Assembly (NCBI GenBank): GCA_036154955.1
Contig: JAYZWL010000106.1
Location: forward strand, 7,053 to 71,052
Source: Pseudomonadota bacterium
GTDB taxonomy: Bacteria > Pseudomonadota > Alphaproteobacteria > Rhodobacterales > Rhodobacteraceae
DNA length: 64,000 bases
Direction of reading: 5' to 3'
Under the pieces are notes generated by a model, which was given only the letters and a program-made list of their open reading frames with translations, was not told the DNA's origin and ran no database searches. Positions 1 to 9,528 of the stretch are shown here, one piece after another. Position numbers and translations under genes: made by a program. Positions within the stretch are counted from its first letter, which is position 1, and the number at the start of each line of letters is the position of its first letter.

Positions 1-1
1 C

Positions 2-850
2 TGCGACATCGCTCCGGTCAGCCCGAAGCGCCGGGTGCATTTCCACGCCTTCATGCAGGAGATCCACGCCGGCATCAAAAAGGCCCGCGACGCCGGCGCC
101 TCGGACCCGATCGCGCCGGTGGCGGACGCGGTGGCGGCCTCGGCCACGCTGCTCTGCTTCGACGAGATGCAGATCACCGACATCGCCGACGCGATGATCG
201 TCGGCCGCCTGTTCGAGGCGCTGTTCGCCCGCGGCGTGGTGGTGGTCACCACCTCCAACCGGCACCCGGACGATCTCTACAAGGACGGGCTCAACCGCGG
301 CATCTTCCTGCCCTTCATCGAGATGCTGAAACAGAAGCTCGACCTGCACCATCTCGACGGCGCCGAGGATCACCGCCGCGACCGCGAACGCGCCGACCGC
401 CGCTACCTCTCGCCGCTGGGGCCGGAGACGGCGGCGGAGATCGACCGGATCTGGGACCGGCTGGGATCCGGCCCCGAAACCCCGTTGGTCCTCGAATTCC
501 CCGGCCGCAAGGAAAGCTTCGCCCGCCATCGCGGCCGCGCCCTGCGCGCGGGGTTCGAGGAGCTCTGCGCCCGTCCGCTGGGCGCCGCGGACTATCTCGC
601 GCTGGTCGAGAGGATCGACGCGCTGGTGATCGAGAACGTCCCCCGCCTGTCCCGCGCCCGCAACAACGAGGCCAAGCGCTTCGTCACCCTGGTCGACGCG
701 CTCTATGAGGCGCGTACGCGGCTCTACGTCTCCGCGGAGGCCGAACCCGAGACGCTCTATATAGAGGGCGCCGGGGCCTTCGAGTTCGAGCGCACCGCCT
801 CCCGCCTCGACGAGATGCGGGCGGCGAGCTGGCCCGAAAAGGCGGACTGA
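2..850 (+). CDS. zapE: Cell division protein ZapE / AFG1-family ATPase, C-terminal part (5' end outside window)
   Basis: Frame of ORF 35..850 is open to the window start. LLCFDEMQITDIADAMIVGRLFEALFARGVVVVTTSNRHPDDLYKDGLNRGIFLPFIE matches the conserved core of ZapE/AFG1 ATPases. Confidence 0.85.
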   Translation, partial: CDIAPVSPKRRVHFHAFMQEIHAGIKKARDAGASDPIAPVADAVAASATLLCFDEMQITDIADAMIVGRLFEALFARGVVVVTTSNRHPDDLYKDGLNRGIFLPFIEMLKQKLDLHHLDGAEDHRRDRERADRRYLSPLGPETAAEIDRIWDRLGSGPETPLVLEFPGRKESFARHRGRALRAGFEELCARPLGAADYLALVERIDALVIENVPRLSRARNNEAKRFVTLVDALYEARTRLYVSAEAEPETLYIEGAGAFEFERTASRLDEMRAASWPEKAD

Positions 851-852
851 AC

Positions 853-2220
853 ATGCGCGCGCGGCTGCGCCGGGCCTTCGACGCGGCGCTGGAAAGCTTC
901 TGGTTCCTGCCGCTGCTGATGGTCGCGGTCAGCCAGTCGCTGGTGCTGCCGGCGCTGCTGTTCGGCGCCGACCCGGCGGCGGGCGCGCAGGCGCTGGGCT
1001 TCGACCGGCTGGCCTTGCTGATCGGGGCCCTGGCCGACGGGCTCGACCCCGACGGGGCGCGGGACGTGCTGACCATGGTGGCGGGGGGGATGATCACCAC
1101 CGTCTCCATCGTCTTCTCCCTCAGCTTCGTGGCGCTGACGCTCACCTCCCAGCAGATCGGGCCGCGGATCATCGACTTCTGGCTGCGCTCCAACGCCACC
1201 CAGGCGCTGCTGGGGCTGAGCCTCGCCGCCTTCTTCGCCGCGCTGTCGGGTCTGCTCGCCATGACCCAGGCGTCGGAGGACGGGCGCGTGGCGCTGCTGG
1301 CGGTGGCGTTCTCGGCGGTGCTGGGGTCGCTGTCGCTGGTGGCGGTGGTGCTGTTCGCCACCCGCATGTCCGAGGCGATCCGCGCCGACGCCACCGTGGC
1401 GCGCATCGGCGACGCCTTCGTCGCCGCCTGCCGGGCGGGCGAGGCCCGGATGGACCGGGCGGAGGCCGAGGCGGCCGACGCGCTGGAGGCGCTGGCCGAC
1501 GCGGAGGGCGAGACCGTGCGCGCCGACGCCGCCGGCTATCTGGGGGACCTCGACCTCGACGCGCTGGGCCGCTGGGCGGAGGCGCGCGGCCTGCGCCTGA
1601 CGGTTCTGGTCCGCGAGAACGACCACGTTCTGCCCGCCCGCCCGCTGGCGCGCGCGCTGGGGATACACGCCGAGACGCAGGGCGGCGACCGGGCGGGGCT
1701 GGAGGCGTCGCTGCGCGGGCATCTCGCCCTGACCCGCCGCCGCCGCCGCTCCGGCGTCGCGGATTTCGAGGGCGACGCGCTGACCGAGGTGGCGCTGCGC
1801 GCGCTGTCGCCCTCGATCAACGACCCGTTCACCGCCATGGCCTGCATCGACCGCATCGCCGAGGGCTGCGCCCTGCTGGCCCGGCTGGGCCCTCCGTCCC
1901 GCCTTCGCCGCGCGGGCGGGGGAGCGGAGGGCGTCGCGCTGGTCGCCGCGCCGTCCTGCGGGGCGGCCTGGCTGCTGCCGCGGCTGCTGCATCCGATCCT
2001 TGACGCCGGCGCGGACAAGGCGGTGGTGCTGGAACGCGCCGCGCAGGCCCTGGCCGACATCGCCCGCATCGCCTGGCTGGACGAGGACCGCGCCGCCGCC
2101 GCCCGCCTTCGGCGCCGGGTGGAGCGCGCCGCGGAGGCGCTGCGCGATCCCGACGACCGCGCGCTGGTGGCGGCGGCGTTGGCCGAATCACCCCGCCGCG
2201 AATACATGGATGGCTTATGA
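853..2220 (+). CDS. DUF2254-family integral membrane protein
   Basis: ATG at 853, 2 nt after the zapE stop. N-terminal TM helices and SIVFSLSFVALTLTSQQIGPRIIDFW resemble the DUF2254 signature (from memory of the family). Confidence 0.6.
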   Translation: MRARLRRAFDAALESFWFLPLLMVAVSQSLVLPALLFGADPAAGAQALGFDRLALLIGALADGLDPDGARDVLTMVAGGMITTVSIVFSLSFVALTLTSQQIGPRIIDFWLRSNATQALLGLSLAAFFAALSGLLAMTQASEDGRVALLAVAFSAVLGSLSLVAVVLFATRMSEAIRADATVARIGDAFVAACRAGEARMDRAEAEAADALEALADAEGETVRADAAGYLGDLDLDALGRWAEARGLRLTVLVRENDHVLPARPLARALGIHAETQGGDRAGLEASLRGHLALTRRRRRSGVADFEGDALTEVALRALSPSINDPFTAMACIDRIAEGCALLARLGPPSRLRRAGGGAEGVALVAAPSCGAAWLLPRLLHPILDAGADKAVVLERAAQALADIARIAWLDEDRAAAARLRRRVERAAEALRDPDDRALVAAALAESPRREYMDGL

Positions 2221-2271
2221 TCGGGCGTGCATTAATATAAGGCGTTAACTGTAGTTCGCCGGATTTCGGCC

Positions 2272-2298
2272 AAACGGCAGGGTAAAGCAGCCGTTTTT
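2272..2298 (+). terminator. Weak hairpin plus T-run after the DUF2254 gene
   Basis: AAACGGC-N11-GCCGTTT followed by TTTTCC in an AT-rich spacer. The stem is short and A/T-rich. Confidence 0.35.
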
Positions 2299-2413
2299 CC
2301 GCCTGAATCATCACTAATTTTCTCGAGATCGACGACTTTAGATAGCCTCGGCCGTCGTCGGACATTATGCCCACGTCCTCGAGCCGACGATCGGCCGGAT
2401 CTTGGGGAAATGT

Positions 2414-3136
2414 ATGCTTCGCTTGCTGCTGCTTTTGGGAGCGGTGGTCTGCGCGTTCGGCGGGGTTTCGCCGGCGGCGGCCCACTCCCTCTACGAAACC
2501 GACCCGAACGCCTCCGCCTGCTGCGGCGGGGAGCATTGCGGGCCGCTGGCGCTCCACGCCGTGACCTGGGATCCGGACCGCAAGGGCTGGGCGCTCGCCT
2601 GGCAGGGCGAGGAGGTGTTCGTGCCGCGCGAAAGCGCGCTGCTGTCGCCCGATGACGGCTATCACGGCTGCGGCAGCCGCACCCGGGGCATGTTCGGCGC
2701 CGAGGGCCCGCTGCCCCCGGGCGCCGCCGCGCAGCTTCCGCCCTGGAAGATCTGCTTCCTGGTTCCCGAAGAGGCGCTGGAGATGGCCTTCGCCGACGTG
2801 GGCGACGACCGCCGCGCCTTCGGGACCTATCTCGACGGTCTGGTCGACACCGCGCGGGATCTCGGCCGGCGCGGGTTCGAGGTGGGCGGACGGCTGGCGG
2901 GACTCACTCCGTCGCGTAACTACAACTACGAAGACAGCCTCACCGGCCGCCAGGCGACCGGGGGCCGGTCCGACGGCGGCGCGACCACGCCGGTTCACGT
3001 GCCGTCGGGCGGCGACGGCGGCCGCAGCAACGCCACCGACCCGCATGCCGGCGTGGTGCCGCTGCCGCCCGCCGCTTTCCTGATGCTCGGCGGCATCGGC
3101 GCGCTCGCCCTGACCCGGCTGCGTCGCCCGGCCTGA
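2414..3136 (+). CDS. Secreted protein with C-terminal VPLPA-CTERM-type sorting signal
   Basis: Signal peptide MLRLLLLLGAVVCAFGGVSPAAA. C-terminus VVPLPPAAFLMLGGIGALALTRLRRPA is a VPLPA-like motif, TM helix and basic tail. The track start 2402 is TTG; the ATG at 2414 preceded by GGGGAA is preferred. Confidence 0.75.
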   Translation: MLRLLLLLGAVVCAFGGVSPAAAHSLYETDPNASACCGGEHCGPLALHAVTWDPDRKGWALAWQGEEVFVPRESALLSPDDGYHGCGSRTRGMFGAEGPLPPGAAAQLPPWKICFLVPEEALEMAFADVGDDRRAFGTYLDGLVDTARDLGRRGFEVGGRLAGLTPSRNYNYEDSLTGRQATGGRSDGGATTPVHVPSGGDGGRSNATDPHAGVVPLPPAAFLMLGGIGALALTRLRRPA

Positions 3137-3197
3137 CCGAGCCAGGCCGCGCCCCGACGGACCGTCGCGCCCGCGGCGCGGATCGTGGAGGACGCGC

Positions 3198-3220
3198 GGC
3201 CCCGGGCCTGACCCGGGGCC
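3198..3220. repeat. REP-like GC hairpin, copy 1 (GGCCCCGGG-CCTGA-CCCGGGGCC)
   Basis: 9-bp perfect stem and 5-nt loop, between the convergent VPLPA-CTERM and RTX genes. Same core as the copies at 15367, 15414, 19747, 51693 and 62766. Confidence 0.7.
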
Positions 3221-3251
3221 TCTTCGCGCCCGCCTCTCCGATCGCGCGCGA

Positions 3252-5684
3252 TCAGAGCAGGAAGTGGTCCGCGTCCAGCGCGTCCGCGTCCTGGTCGCGG
3301 AAAATCAGGGTCAGCGACCGCCAGGTCGCCACCGCGTCCTCCCCGTCCTGGGCGATGTCGAGCGCGTCGAAGTCGTCCAGGCCCCGGATGCGGACATGGT
3401 CGTTCCCGAGGCCGAAGCCCTCGATCACGTCGGTCCCGTCCGCGGCCCGGAACACCATCAGATCGGCATGCTTGCCGCCGATCAGCAGGTCGTCGCCCTT
3501 TCCGCCGACCAGATGATCCCCGCCGGGGCCGCCGGACAGCGTGTCGTTCCCCGCGCCGCCGACCAGCTTGTCGCGGCCGGGACCGCCGAACAGGAAGTCG
3601 TCGCCGCCCTGACCCTTCAGCACGTCGTTTCCGCGCCCGCCGTTCAGGTCGTCGTCGTCGGCGCCGCCCAGCAGCCGGTCCCGCCCGGCCCCGCCGCGCA
3701 GCGCGTCGTCGCCGGAGCCGCCCGCCAGCCTGTCGGCGCCGCCGCCGGCGCTGATCGCGTCGTCGCCCGCCCCGCCGCTCAGGTCGTCGTCGTCGCCGCC
3801 CCGGACGATCACGTCGTCGCCGTCGCCGCCCTCATCCGGCGCGAACAGGCCGGCGAGGATCTCGCCGTCGTCGAAGACCAGCGTCTCGATCCCGGCCAGC
3901 GTGTCGCGTCCGTCCGGGCCGTCGACCACCAGAAGCCCGTCCTCGAACCCGATCTCGTAATCGGAGGAGGCGCCGGCGAACACCGCCCGGTCCCGGCCCT
4001 CGCCGCCGTCGATGGCGTCGTCGCCCGCGCCGCCGTCGAGCACGTCGTCCCCGGCCCCCGCCAGCAGCGCGTCGTCGCCGCCGAGCCCGGTCAGGGTGTC
4101 GTCGCCTTCCCCGCCGAGCAGGAAGTCCGCGAGCTCCGTGCCCGTCAGGTCGTCGTTCCCGCCCGCGCCGGACAGCACCGCGCCGGGGATCGGGTCGGCC
4201 GCCTCCGGGTCGGTCCCCGTCTCCTCGAGCGGCGAGACCTCGCCTTCGGGCAGGTCCGCGGCCGCGGCCTCGGCCCGGGTCAGGCCGGTGACCGTCTCAT
4301 CCCCCGCCGCGCCGAAGAACACGTTGCGCGCCGCGTCGCCCTCCTCGATGACGAACGCCTCGACCGTCGGCGCGACGGCGCCGCGAAGCTCCGCCAGCAG
4401 GTCGTCCACGCCCAGGTCCGGGATATCGGGGGTCAGACCCGCCATGACGTCGGCGAGGGCGGTCAGCGAGGCGATGGCCTCGTTCACCGGCGCGATGAAC
4501 TGGTCGATGGGGATCAGCTTGTTCAGCAGCGCGTTGGCGGCGTTCTGGATCGGGGCGAGCAGGTCGCCCAGGAAGAACTCCACCGCGTCCTGCACGACCC
4601 CGTTCAGGCCGTCGAGGAAGTCGAGAATGGTCTGGATGGCGGTGCGCGGGATCGCCGGGAAGATCGGGATGCCGAACGCCCGCGGCGGATCCTCCAGGAA
4701 GTCGAAGAAGGCGTTGATCGGGCTCGCCATCGTGGTCAGCGCCGACACGAAGGGCGCCGCCAGCGCCTCCAGCCCGTCGAGAAAATCCAGCGGCTCCGCC
4801 AGCTCCGCGATGAAGTCGAGCGCCTCGTCCAGCCCCTCGGCCGCCGGGGTGATGACCCCCTCGATCGCCGCCTGAACCGGGGCGATGACCTGGCCCATCA
4901 TGTCGATGACATGGACGTAGTCCGAGGTCTCGGCCTCGAAGCGCATGGCGTAGGCGGCGGCGCCGGCCGTCACCCGCGCGTCGGCGATCAGCGGCGTGTC
5001 GAAGGACCCCGCGGGGCCCTCCTCCCCCTCCGACAGCAGCGCCACCGGATCGTCCGGGTCCACCGGCGTCGCCACCGGGCCGCCGGAGGGCAGGCCGTCG
5101 AAATCGCCCAGCGCCGGTTCCAGCGACTCCGGCAGGAACCCGTAGAAGGTCAGCACCGCATCGACGACCTCGACCACCCGCACCAGGTTCTCCAGCCCGG
5201 TATGCAGCCGCTCCAGAAACGCGATGTGGCGGGACAGCGACTGATCCATGCTGACGCCGTTGCGTTCCAGATCCTCGCCCGACACCTCGATCCGCCCCAG
5301 CAGGCGGTTGAGCTGCAGGCGGCTGATCGTCGGCCCGATCCCGGGCAGCGCGCCGCCGACCAGCATCACCAGCTCGCCGTCGTCCGCGGCGTCGGCGACC
5401 TGGCCGACGCGGGTGTGGAACTCCCTCAGCTGGGCGCGATATTCCCGCTTGAGGTCGTTGATATGCTCTTCCAGCGCGTTGAGCAGCATCTCCGCCCCGG
5501 CGTAGATGCCGATGCGGATCAGCAGCGGCGACCAGTCCTCGACGATCTGGCCGAGGTCGCGGTCCCCGCCCTCGTCGTCGCCCTCGCCCTGCACCAGCGC
5601 CTGAAGCGACTCGAGGTCCGAAAAGGCGCCCAGCGTGGCGGCGTGGGAGTCTTCGATCGACGCGAGGCTCTCGGTCACGGACAT
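3252..5684 (-). CDS. RTX (hemolysin-type calcium-binding repeat) protein with an acidic N-terminal domain of unknown function
   Basis: ATG at 5684 (MSVTESLASIED) preceded by GGGGAG. The upstream part of listed ORF 3252..6182 overlaps sdhB and is rejected. The C-terminal half holds many GGxGxD nonapeptide repeats (e.g. GGSGDDALRGGAGRDRLLGGADDDDLNGGRGNDVLKGQGGDDFLFGGPGRDKLVGGAGNDTLSGGPGGD). No N-terminal signal peptide, as expected for T1SS substrates. Confidence 0.85.
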   Translation of the reverse strand: MSVTESLASIEDSHAATLGAFSDLESLQALVQGEGDDEGGDRDLGQIVEDWSPLLIRIGIYAGAEMLLNALEEHINDLKREYRAQLREFHTRVGQVADAADDGELVMLVGGALPGIGPTISRLQLNRLLGRIEVSGEDLERNGVSMDQSLSRHIAFLERLHTGLENLVRVVEVVDAVLTFYGFLPESLEPALGDFDGLPSGGPVATPVDPDDPVALLSEGEEGPAGSFDTPLIADARVTAGAAAYAMRFEAETSDYVHVIDMMGQVIAPVQAAIEGVITPAAEGLDEALDFIAELAEPLDFLDGLEALAAPFVSALTTMASPINAFFDFLEDPPRAFGIPIFPAIPRTAIQTILDFLDGLNGVVQDAVEFFLGDLLAPIQNAANALLNKLIPIDQFIAPVNEAIASLTALADVMAGLTPDIPDLGVDDLLAELRGAVAPTVEAFVIEEGDAARNVFFGAAGDETVTGLTRAEAAAADLPEGEVSPLEETGTDPEAADPIPGAVLSGAGGNDDLTGTELADFLLGGEGDDTLTGLGGDDALLAGAGDDVLDGGAGDDAIDGGEGRDRAVFAGASSDYEIGFEDGLLVVDGPDGRDTLAGIETLVFDDGEILAGLFAPDEGGDGDDVIVRGGDDDDLSGGAGDDAISAGGGADRLAGGSGDDALRGGAGRDRLLGGADDDDLNGGRGNDVLKGQGGDDFLFGGPGRDKLVGGAGNDTLSGGPGGDHLVGGKGDDLLIGGKHADLMVFRAADGTDVIEGFGLGNDHVRIRGLDDFDALDIAQDGEDAVATWRSLTLIFRDQDADALDADHFLL

Positions 5685-5847
5685 GGTCGGCGCTCCCCTG
5701 TCGCCGGCGTCGGACGCGCCGGCATGCGCATTCCCTAGCGGAAATGAATGGAACGCGCAGAATGCAGACCGTAGGCGCGCGAACAAGTGCAAATCCGCGC
5801 ATTCGTGTGGATTTCCGTCCGGTGATCGCGCCGCCCGCATCCGTCCT

Positions 5848-5885
5848 TCAAACGAAAACCCCCGGCCGTCGCCGGCCGGGGGGGG
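5848..5885 (-). terminator. Rho-independent terminator after sdhB
   Basis: On the minus strand, CCCCCGGCCG-GCGA-CGGCCGGGGG (10-bp stem) is followed by GTTTTCGTTTG, about 25 nt after the sdhB stop. Confidence 0.75.
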
Positions 5886-5908
5886 CGCGTTCGGGGATGT
5901 CCCCGCGA

Positions 5909-6688
5909 TCACATGGTGCGTTCGACCATCATCTTCTTGATCTCGGCGATGGACTTCGCCGGGTTCAGGCCCTTCGGGCAGGTCTTGGCGCAGTTCATGA
6001 TGGTGTGGCAGCGGTAGAGGCGGAACGGATCCTCGAGGAAGTCCAGCCGCTCCTGCGTCGCCTCGTCCCGGCTGTCGATCAGCCAGCGATAGGCGTGCAG
6101 CAGCGCGGCCGGGCCGAGGTAGCGGTCGCCGTTCCACCAGTAGCTCGGGCAGGAGGTGGAGCAGGAGGCGCACATCACGCACTCATACAGCCCGTCGAGC
6201 TTCTTGCGGTCCTCGATCGACTGCCGCCACTCCTTCTCCGGCGCGGTGGTCGCCGTCTCCAGCCAGGGCATGATGGCGGCGTGCTGCGCGTAGAAATGCG
6301 TCAGGTCGGGGATCAGGTCCTTGACCACCGGCATATGCGGCAGCGGGTAGATCTTCACGTCGCCCTCGACCTCGTCGAGGCCGTAGATGCAGGCGAGCGT
6401 GTTGATCCCGTCGATGTTCATCGCGCAGGACCCGCAGATCCCCTCGCGGCAGGACCGCCGGAAGGTCAGGGTCGGGTCGATCTCGTTCTTGATCTTGATC
6501 AGCGCGTCCAGGATCATCGGCCCGCAGGCGTCCATGTCCAGGAAATAGGTGTCGACCCGCGGGTTCTGCCCGTCGTCGGGGTTCCAGCGGTAGATCTTGA
6601 ACGCCCGGACGTTCGTCGCCCCCTCCGGCTTCGGCCAGGTCTTCCCGACCGTGACGCGGGAGTTCTTGGGCAGCTTGAATTCAGCCAT
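5909..6688 (-). CDS. sdhB: Succinate dehydrogenase iron-sulfur subunit
   Basis: The 259-aa product contains the typical Cys clusters ([42 protein letters not shown]). AAGGAG lies upstream of the ATG. Confidence 0.97.
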   Translation of the reverse strand: MAEFKLPKNSRVTVGKTWPKPEGATNVRAFKIYRWNPDDGQNPRVDTYFLDMDACGPMILDALIKIKNEIDPTLTFRRSCREGICGSCAMNIDGINTLACIYGLDEVEGDVKIYPLPHMPVVKDLIPDLTHFYAQHAAIMPWLETATTAPEKEWRQSIEDRKKLDGLYECVMCASCSTSCPSYWWNGDRYLGPAALLHAYRWLIDSRDEATQERLDFLEDPFRLYRCHTIMNCAKTCPKGLNPAKSIAEIKKMMVERTM

Positions 6689-6712
6689 GGTCCGCTCCTT
6701 CCCTTCGCCGGA

Positions 6713-8521
6713 TCAGTAGACGCGCGCCTTGGGCGCGATCTTCTTGAGGTCGATGCCGCCTTCGGCCTGCTTGGTCAGCGGGTCGAGCACCACCGAGCGA
6801 TAGCCCAGCTTCACGTCGCCCTCGTCCGACACCCAGGCCAGCGTGTGCTTGCGCCAGTTTTCGTCGTCCCGGTCCGGATAGTCTTCGCGGGCATGGGCGC
6901 CGCGGCTCTCGTGACGGGCCTCGGCGCCGACCACGGTGGCGAGCGCGTTGGGCATCAGGTTGTCGAGCTCCAGCGTCTCCATCAGGTCGGAGTTCCACAC
7001 CAGGCTGCGGTCCGAGACCTTCACGTCGGCGAATTCCTTGCGGATCGCCGCCATCTTCTCGCAGCCCTCCTTGAGGGTCTCCTCGGTGCGGAACACCGCG
7101 GCGTCGGACTGCATGGCGCGCTGCATGTCGAGCCGCAGCTCGGCGGTCGGCTTGGCGCCGGAGGCGTTGCGCAGCTTGTCGAAGCGGGCCATCGACTTTT
7201 CGACCGACGCGGCGTTGAGCGTCGGGTTCGGGGCCTTGGGGTCCACCACCTCGCCGGCCTTGATCGCGGCGGCGCGGCCGAAGACCACCAGGTCGATCAG
7301 CGAGTTGGAGCCCAGTCGGTTGGCGCCGTGGACCGAGGCGCAGCCGGCCTCGCCCACTGCCATCAGGCCCGGCACGATCTCGTCCTTGCCCTTGGCGTCG
7401 GTGCGCAGCACCTCGCCCCAGTAGTTCGTCGGGATGCCGCCCATGTTGTAATGCACGGTCGGCAGCACGGGGATCGGGTCCTTGGTCAGGTCCACGCCCG
7501 CGAAGATCCGCGCCGACTCCGAGATGCCGGGCAGACGCTCGGCCAGGGTCTCGGGCGGCAGGTGGTTCAGGTGCAGGTGGATGTGGTCCTTGTTCGGGCC
7601 CACGCCGCGGCCTTCGCGGATCTCGATGGTCATGCAGCGGCTGACCACGTCGCGGGAGGCGAGATCCTTGTAGGTGGGCGCGTAGCGCTCCATGAACCGC
7701 TCGCCCTCGGAATTGGTCAGGTAGCCGCCCTCGCCGCGGGCGCCCTCGGTGATCAGGCAGCCCGAGCCGTAGATGCCGGTCGGGTGGAACTGCACGAACT
7801 CCATGTCCTGCAGCGGCAGGCCGGCGCGGGCCGCCATGCCGGCGCCGTCGCCGGTGCAGGTATGGGCCGAGGTCGCCGAGAAGTAGGCGCGGCCGTAGCC
7901 GCCGGTGGCCAGCACCACCATCTTGGCGTTGAAGCGGTGCAGGGTGCCGTCATCGAGCTTCCAGGCGATCACGCCCTGGCACTGGCCGTCTTCCGACATG
8001 ATCAGGTCGGTGGCGAAATACTCGATGTAGAACTCGGCGTTGTGCTTGAGCGACTGGCCGTAGAGCGTGTGCAGGATGGCGTGGCCGGTGCGGTCGGCCG
8101 CGGCGCAGGTGCGCTGCACCGGCGGGCCCTCGCCGAATTCGGTGGTGTGGCCGCCGAAGGGGCGCTGGTAGATCTTGCCTTCCTCGGTCCGGCTGAACGG
8201 AACGCCGTAATGCTCCAGTTCGTAGACCGCGGCGGGGGCGGAGCGGGCCAGGTATTCCATGGCGTCGGTGTCGCCGAGCCAGTCGGAGCCCTTCACCGTG
8301 TCGTACATGTGCCACTGCCAGTTGTCGGGGCCCATGTTGGAAAGCGAGGCGGCGATGCCGCCCTGCGCCGCGACGGTGTGGGAGCGGGTGGGGAACACCT
8401 TGGTCACGCAGGCGGTCTTGAGCCCCTGCTCGGCCATGCCCAGCGTCGCCCGCAGGCCGGAGCCGCCGGCCCCGACCACGACGACGTCATAGGTGTGATC
8501 CACGAATTCATAGGCGGCCAT
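6713..8521 (-). CDS. sdhA: Succinate dehydrogenase flavoprotein subunit
   Basis: [17 protein letters not shown]-binding fold and [15 protein letters not shown] motifs. The ATG at 8521 (MAAYEF) preceded by GAGGA is preferred over the track start 8533. Confidence 0.97.
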   Translation of the reverse strand: MAAYEFVDHTYDVVVVGAGGSGLRATLGMAEQGLKTACVTKVFPTRSHTVAAQGGIAASLSNMGPDNWQWHMYDTVKGSDWLGDTDAMEYLARSAPAAVYELEHYGVPFSRTEEGKIYQRPFGGHTTEFGEGPPVQRTCAAADRTGHAILHTLYGQSLKHNAEFYIEYFATDLIMSEDGQCQGVIAWKLDDGTLHRFNAKMVVLATGGYGRAYFSATSAHTCTGDGAGMAARAGLPLQDMEFVQFHPTGIYGSGCLITEGARGEGGYLTNSEGERFMERYAPTYKDLASRDVVSRCMTIEIREGRGVGPNKDHIHLHLNHLPPETLAERLPGISESARIFAGVDLTKDPIPVLPTVHYNMGGIPTNYWGEVLRTDAKGKDEIVPGLMAVGEAGCASVHGANRLGSNSLIDLVVFGRAAAIKAGEVVDPKAPNPTLNAASVEKSMARFDKLRNASGAKPTAELRLDMQRAMQSDAAVFRTEETLKEGCEKMAAIRKEFADVKVSDRSLVWNSDLMETLELDNLMPNALATVVGAEARHESRGAHAREDYPDRDDENWRKHTLAWVSDEGDVKLGYRSVVLDPLTKQAEGGIDLKKIAPKARVY

Positions 8522-8587
8522 GGCTGTCCTCATGCTTTGGCGCTTGCCGGCGTCGCGCGCGCCCCCCGGTCGGGGGGCGCAGCAGCG

Positions 8588-8968
8588 TCAGCCCGCGAAG
8601 GCGATCTTGGCGACGGCGAACACGCCGGTCAGGCCGAACAGGGTGCAGAACGCGATGTTGGCGATCAGAGCGGCGGTGCGCACGGCCTTGTCGTGAACGT
8701 AGTCCTCGATCACCACCTGAAGGCCGAGCTGCAGGTGGCGGAAGGCGACGGCGATGAACAGGATCAGGATCACCGCGTTGAACGGGTTCGAGTAGGTCGC
8801 CATCACGTCGGCATGGGAGGCGCCCAGCGACCAGTCCAGCGGCAGGATCGCCAGCAGGAACAGCGGGATCAGGGCCACCGCGGTGATGCGCTGGGTCCAG
8901 AAATGCCCGGTGCCGGTCTTGGCGGATCCCAGTCCGATGACGCGGCCCTTGTCGGTCTTGAAGCTCAT
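8588..8968 (-). CDS. sdhD: Succinate dehydrogenase membrane anchor subunit
   Basis: Internal ATG at 8968 (MSFKTDKGRVIGLGSAKTGTGHFWTQRITAV...), three TM helices, positioned between sdhC and sdhA. The long upstream extension of ORF 8588..9727 is rejected. Confidence 0.9.
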   Translation of the reverse strand: MSFKTDKGRVIGLGSAKTGTGHFWTQRITAVALIPLFLLAILPLDWSLGASHADVMATYSNPFNAVILILFIAVAFRHLQLGLQVVIEDYVHDKAVRTAALIANIAFCTLFGLTGVFAVAKIAFAG

Positions 8969-8982
8969 GTCCGCGTCCCCTC

Positions 8983-9369
8983 TCAGAAGATCCAGATGAT
9001 CAGCGTCAGCAGGACCGAGGCGACCACGGTCATCTTGCCGGCGAGCTCGGCCTGATCGACGTCGAACAGGAAGCCCAGGTCCCAGACCAGGTGACGGACG
9101 CCGTTGCAGGCGTGGAAGCACAGCGCCCAAAGCGAGCCGAACATCACCAGGTTGCCGATCCAGGAGGTCAGCACCCCGTCGGCGGTGGCGAAGTAGTCGG
9201 GCCCGGACGCCGCCGCCAGCAGCCACCACACCACGAGGATCGCGCCGAGCGCGAGCCCGCAACCGGTGATGCGGTGGATGATCGACAGGACGGACGTCCA
9301 TTGCGGGCGGTAATACGGCCCGATCATGAAGGGGGACAGGGGGCGGTTGCCCCGGTTCACATCGGCCAT
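8983..9369 (-). CDS. sdhC: Succinate dehydrogenase cytochrome b556 subunit
   Basis: MADVNRGNRPLSPFMIGPYYRPQWTSVLSIIHRITG is a typical SdhC N-terminus. The ATG at 9369 is preceded by GAGAGGGG. Confidence 0.9.
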   Translation of the reverse strand: MADVNRGNRPLSPFMIGPYYRPQWTSVLSIIHRITGCGLALGAILVVWWLLAAASGPDYFATADGVLTSWIGNLVMFGSLWALCFHACNGVRHLVWDLGFLFDVDQAELAGKMTVVASVLLTLIIWIF

Positions 9370-9528
9370 TGCGACCCCTCTCATTATTCCGGCGCGGTCG
9401 CGCGATCCTACGCGCGCAAGCCTGGCTGCGCGAAGTCTTAGCGCGTCGATTGTCGGACGAAAAGCGCTGCGACGTCGCGCTGCGCGGAAAAGCGCCCGCC
9501 GCGGGGGGCGGATCGGAGCGATGAGCGC

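Noticed and set aside
2224-2252. Possible dif (XerC/XerD) site in the AT-rich stretch GGCGTGCATTAATATAAGGCGTTAACT.
   Set aside because: Hand alignment to the E. coli dif consensus gives only about 8/11 and 6/11 matches in the arms, with a wrong-length central region. I have no lineage-specific consensus to compare.
2395-2410. Shared 9-mer CTTGGGGAA, and CCTGAAT, upstream of both VPLPA-CTERM genes (also near 57815), as a possible common regulatory motif.
   Set aside because: The positions relative to the start codons differ: it overlaps the RBS in one gene and lies about 45 nt upstream in the other. A single 9-mer match between two ~200-nt regions is not far from chance expectation.
3480-4200. 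Periodic repeats that might suggest a CRISPR array or satellite, seen in the RTX gene and the lipoprotein gene.
   Set aside because: They are in-frame coding repeats (GGxGxD nonapeptides; a 7-aa repeat) without the spacer-repeat architecture of CRISPR. No cas genes are present.
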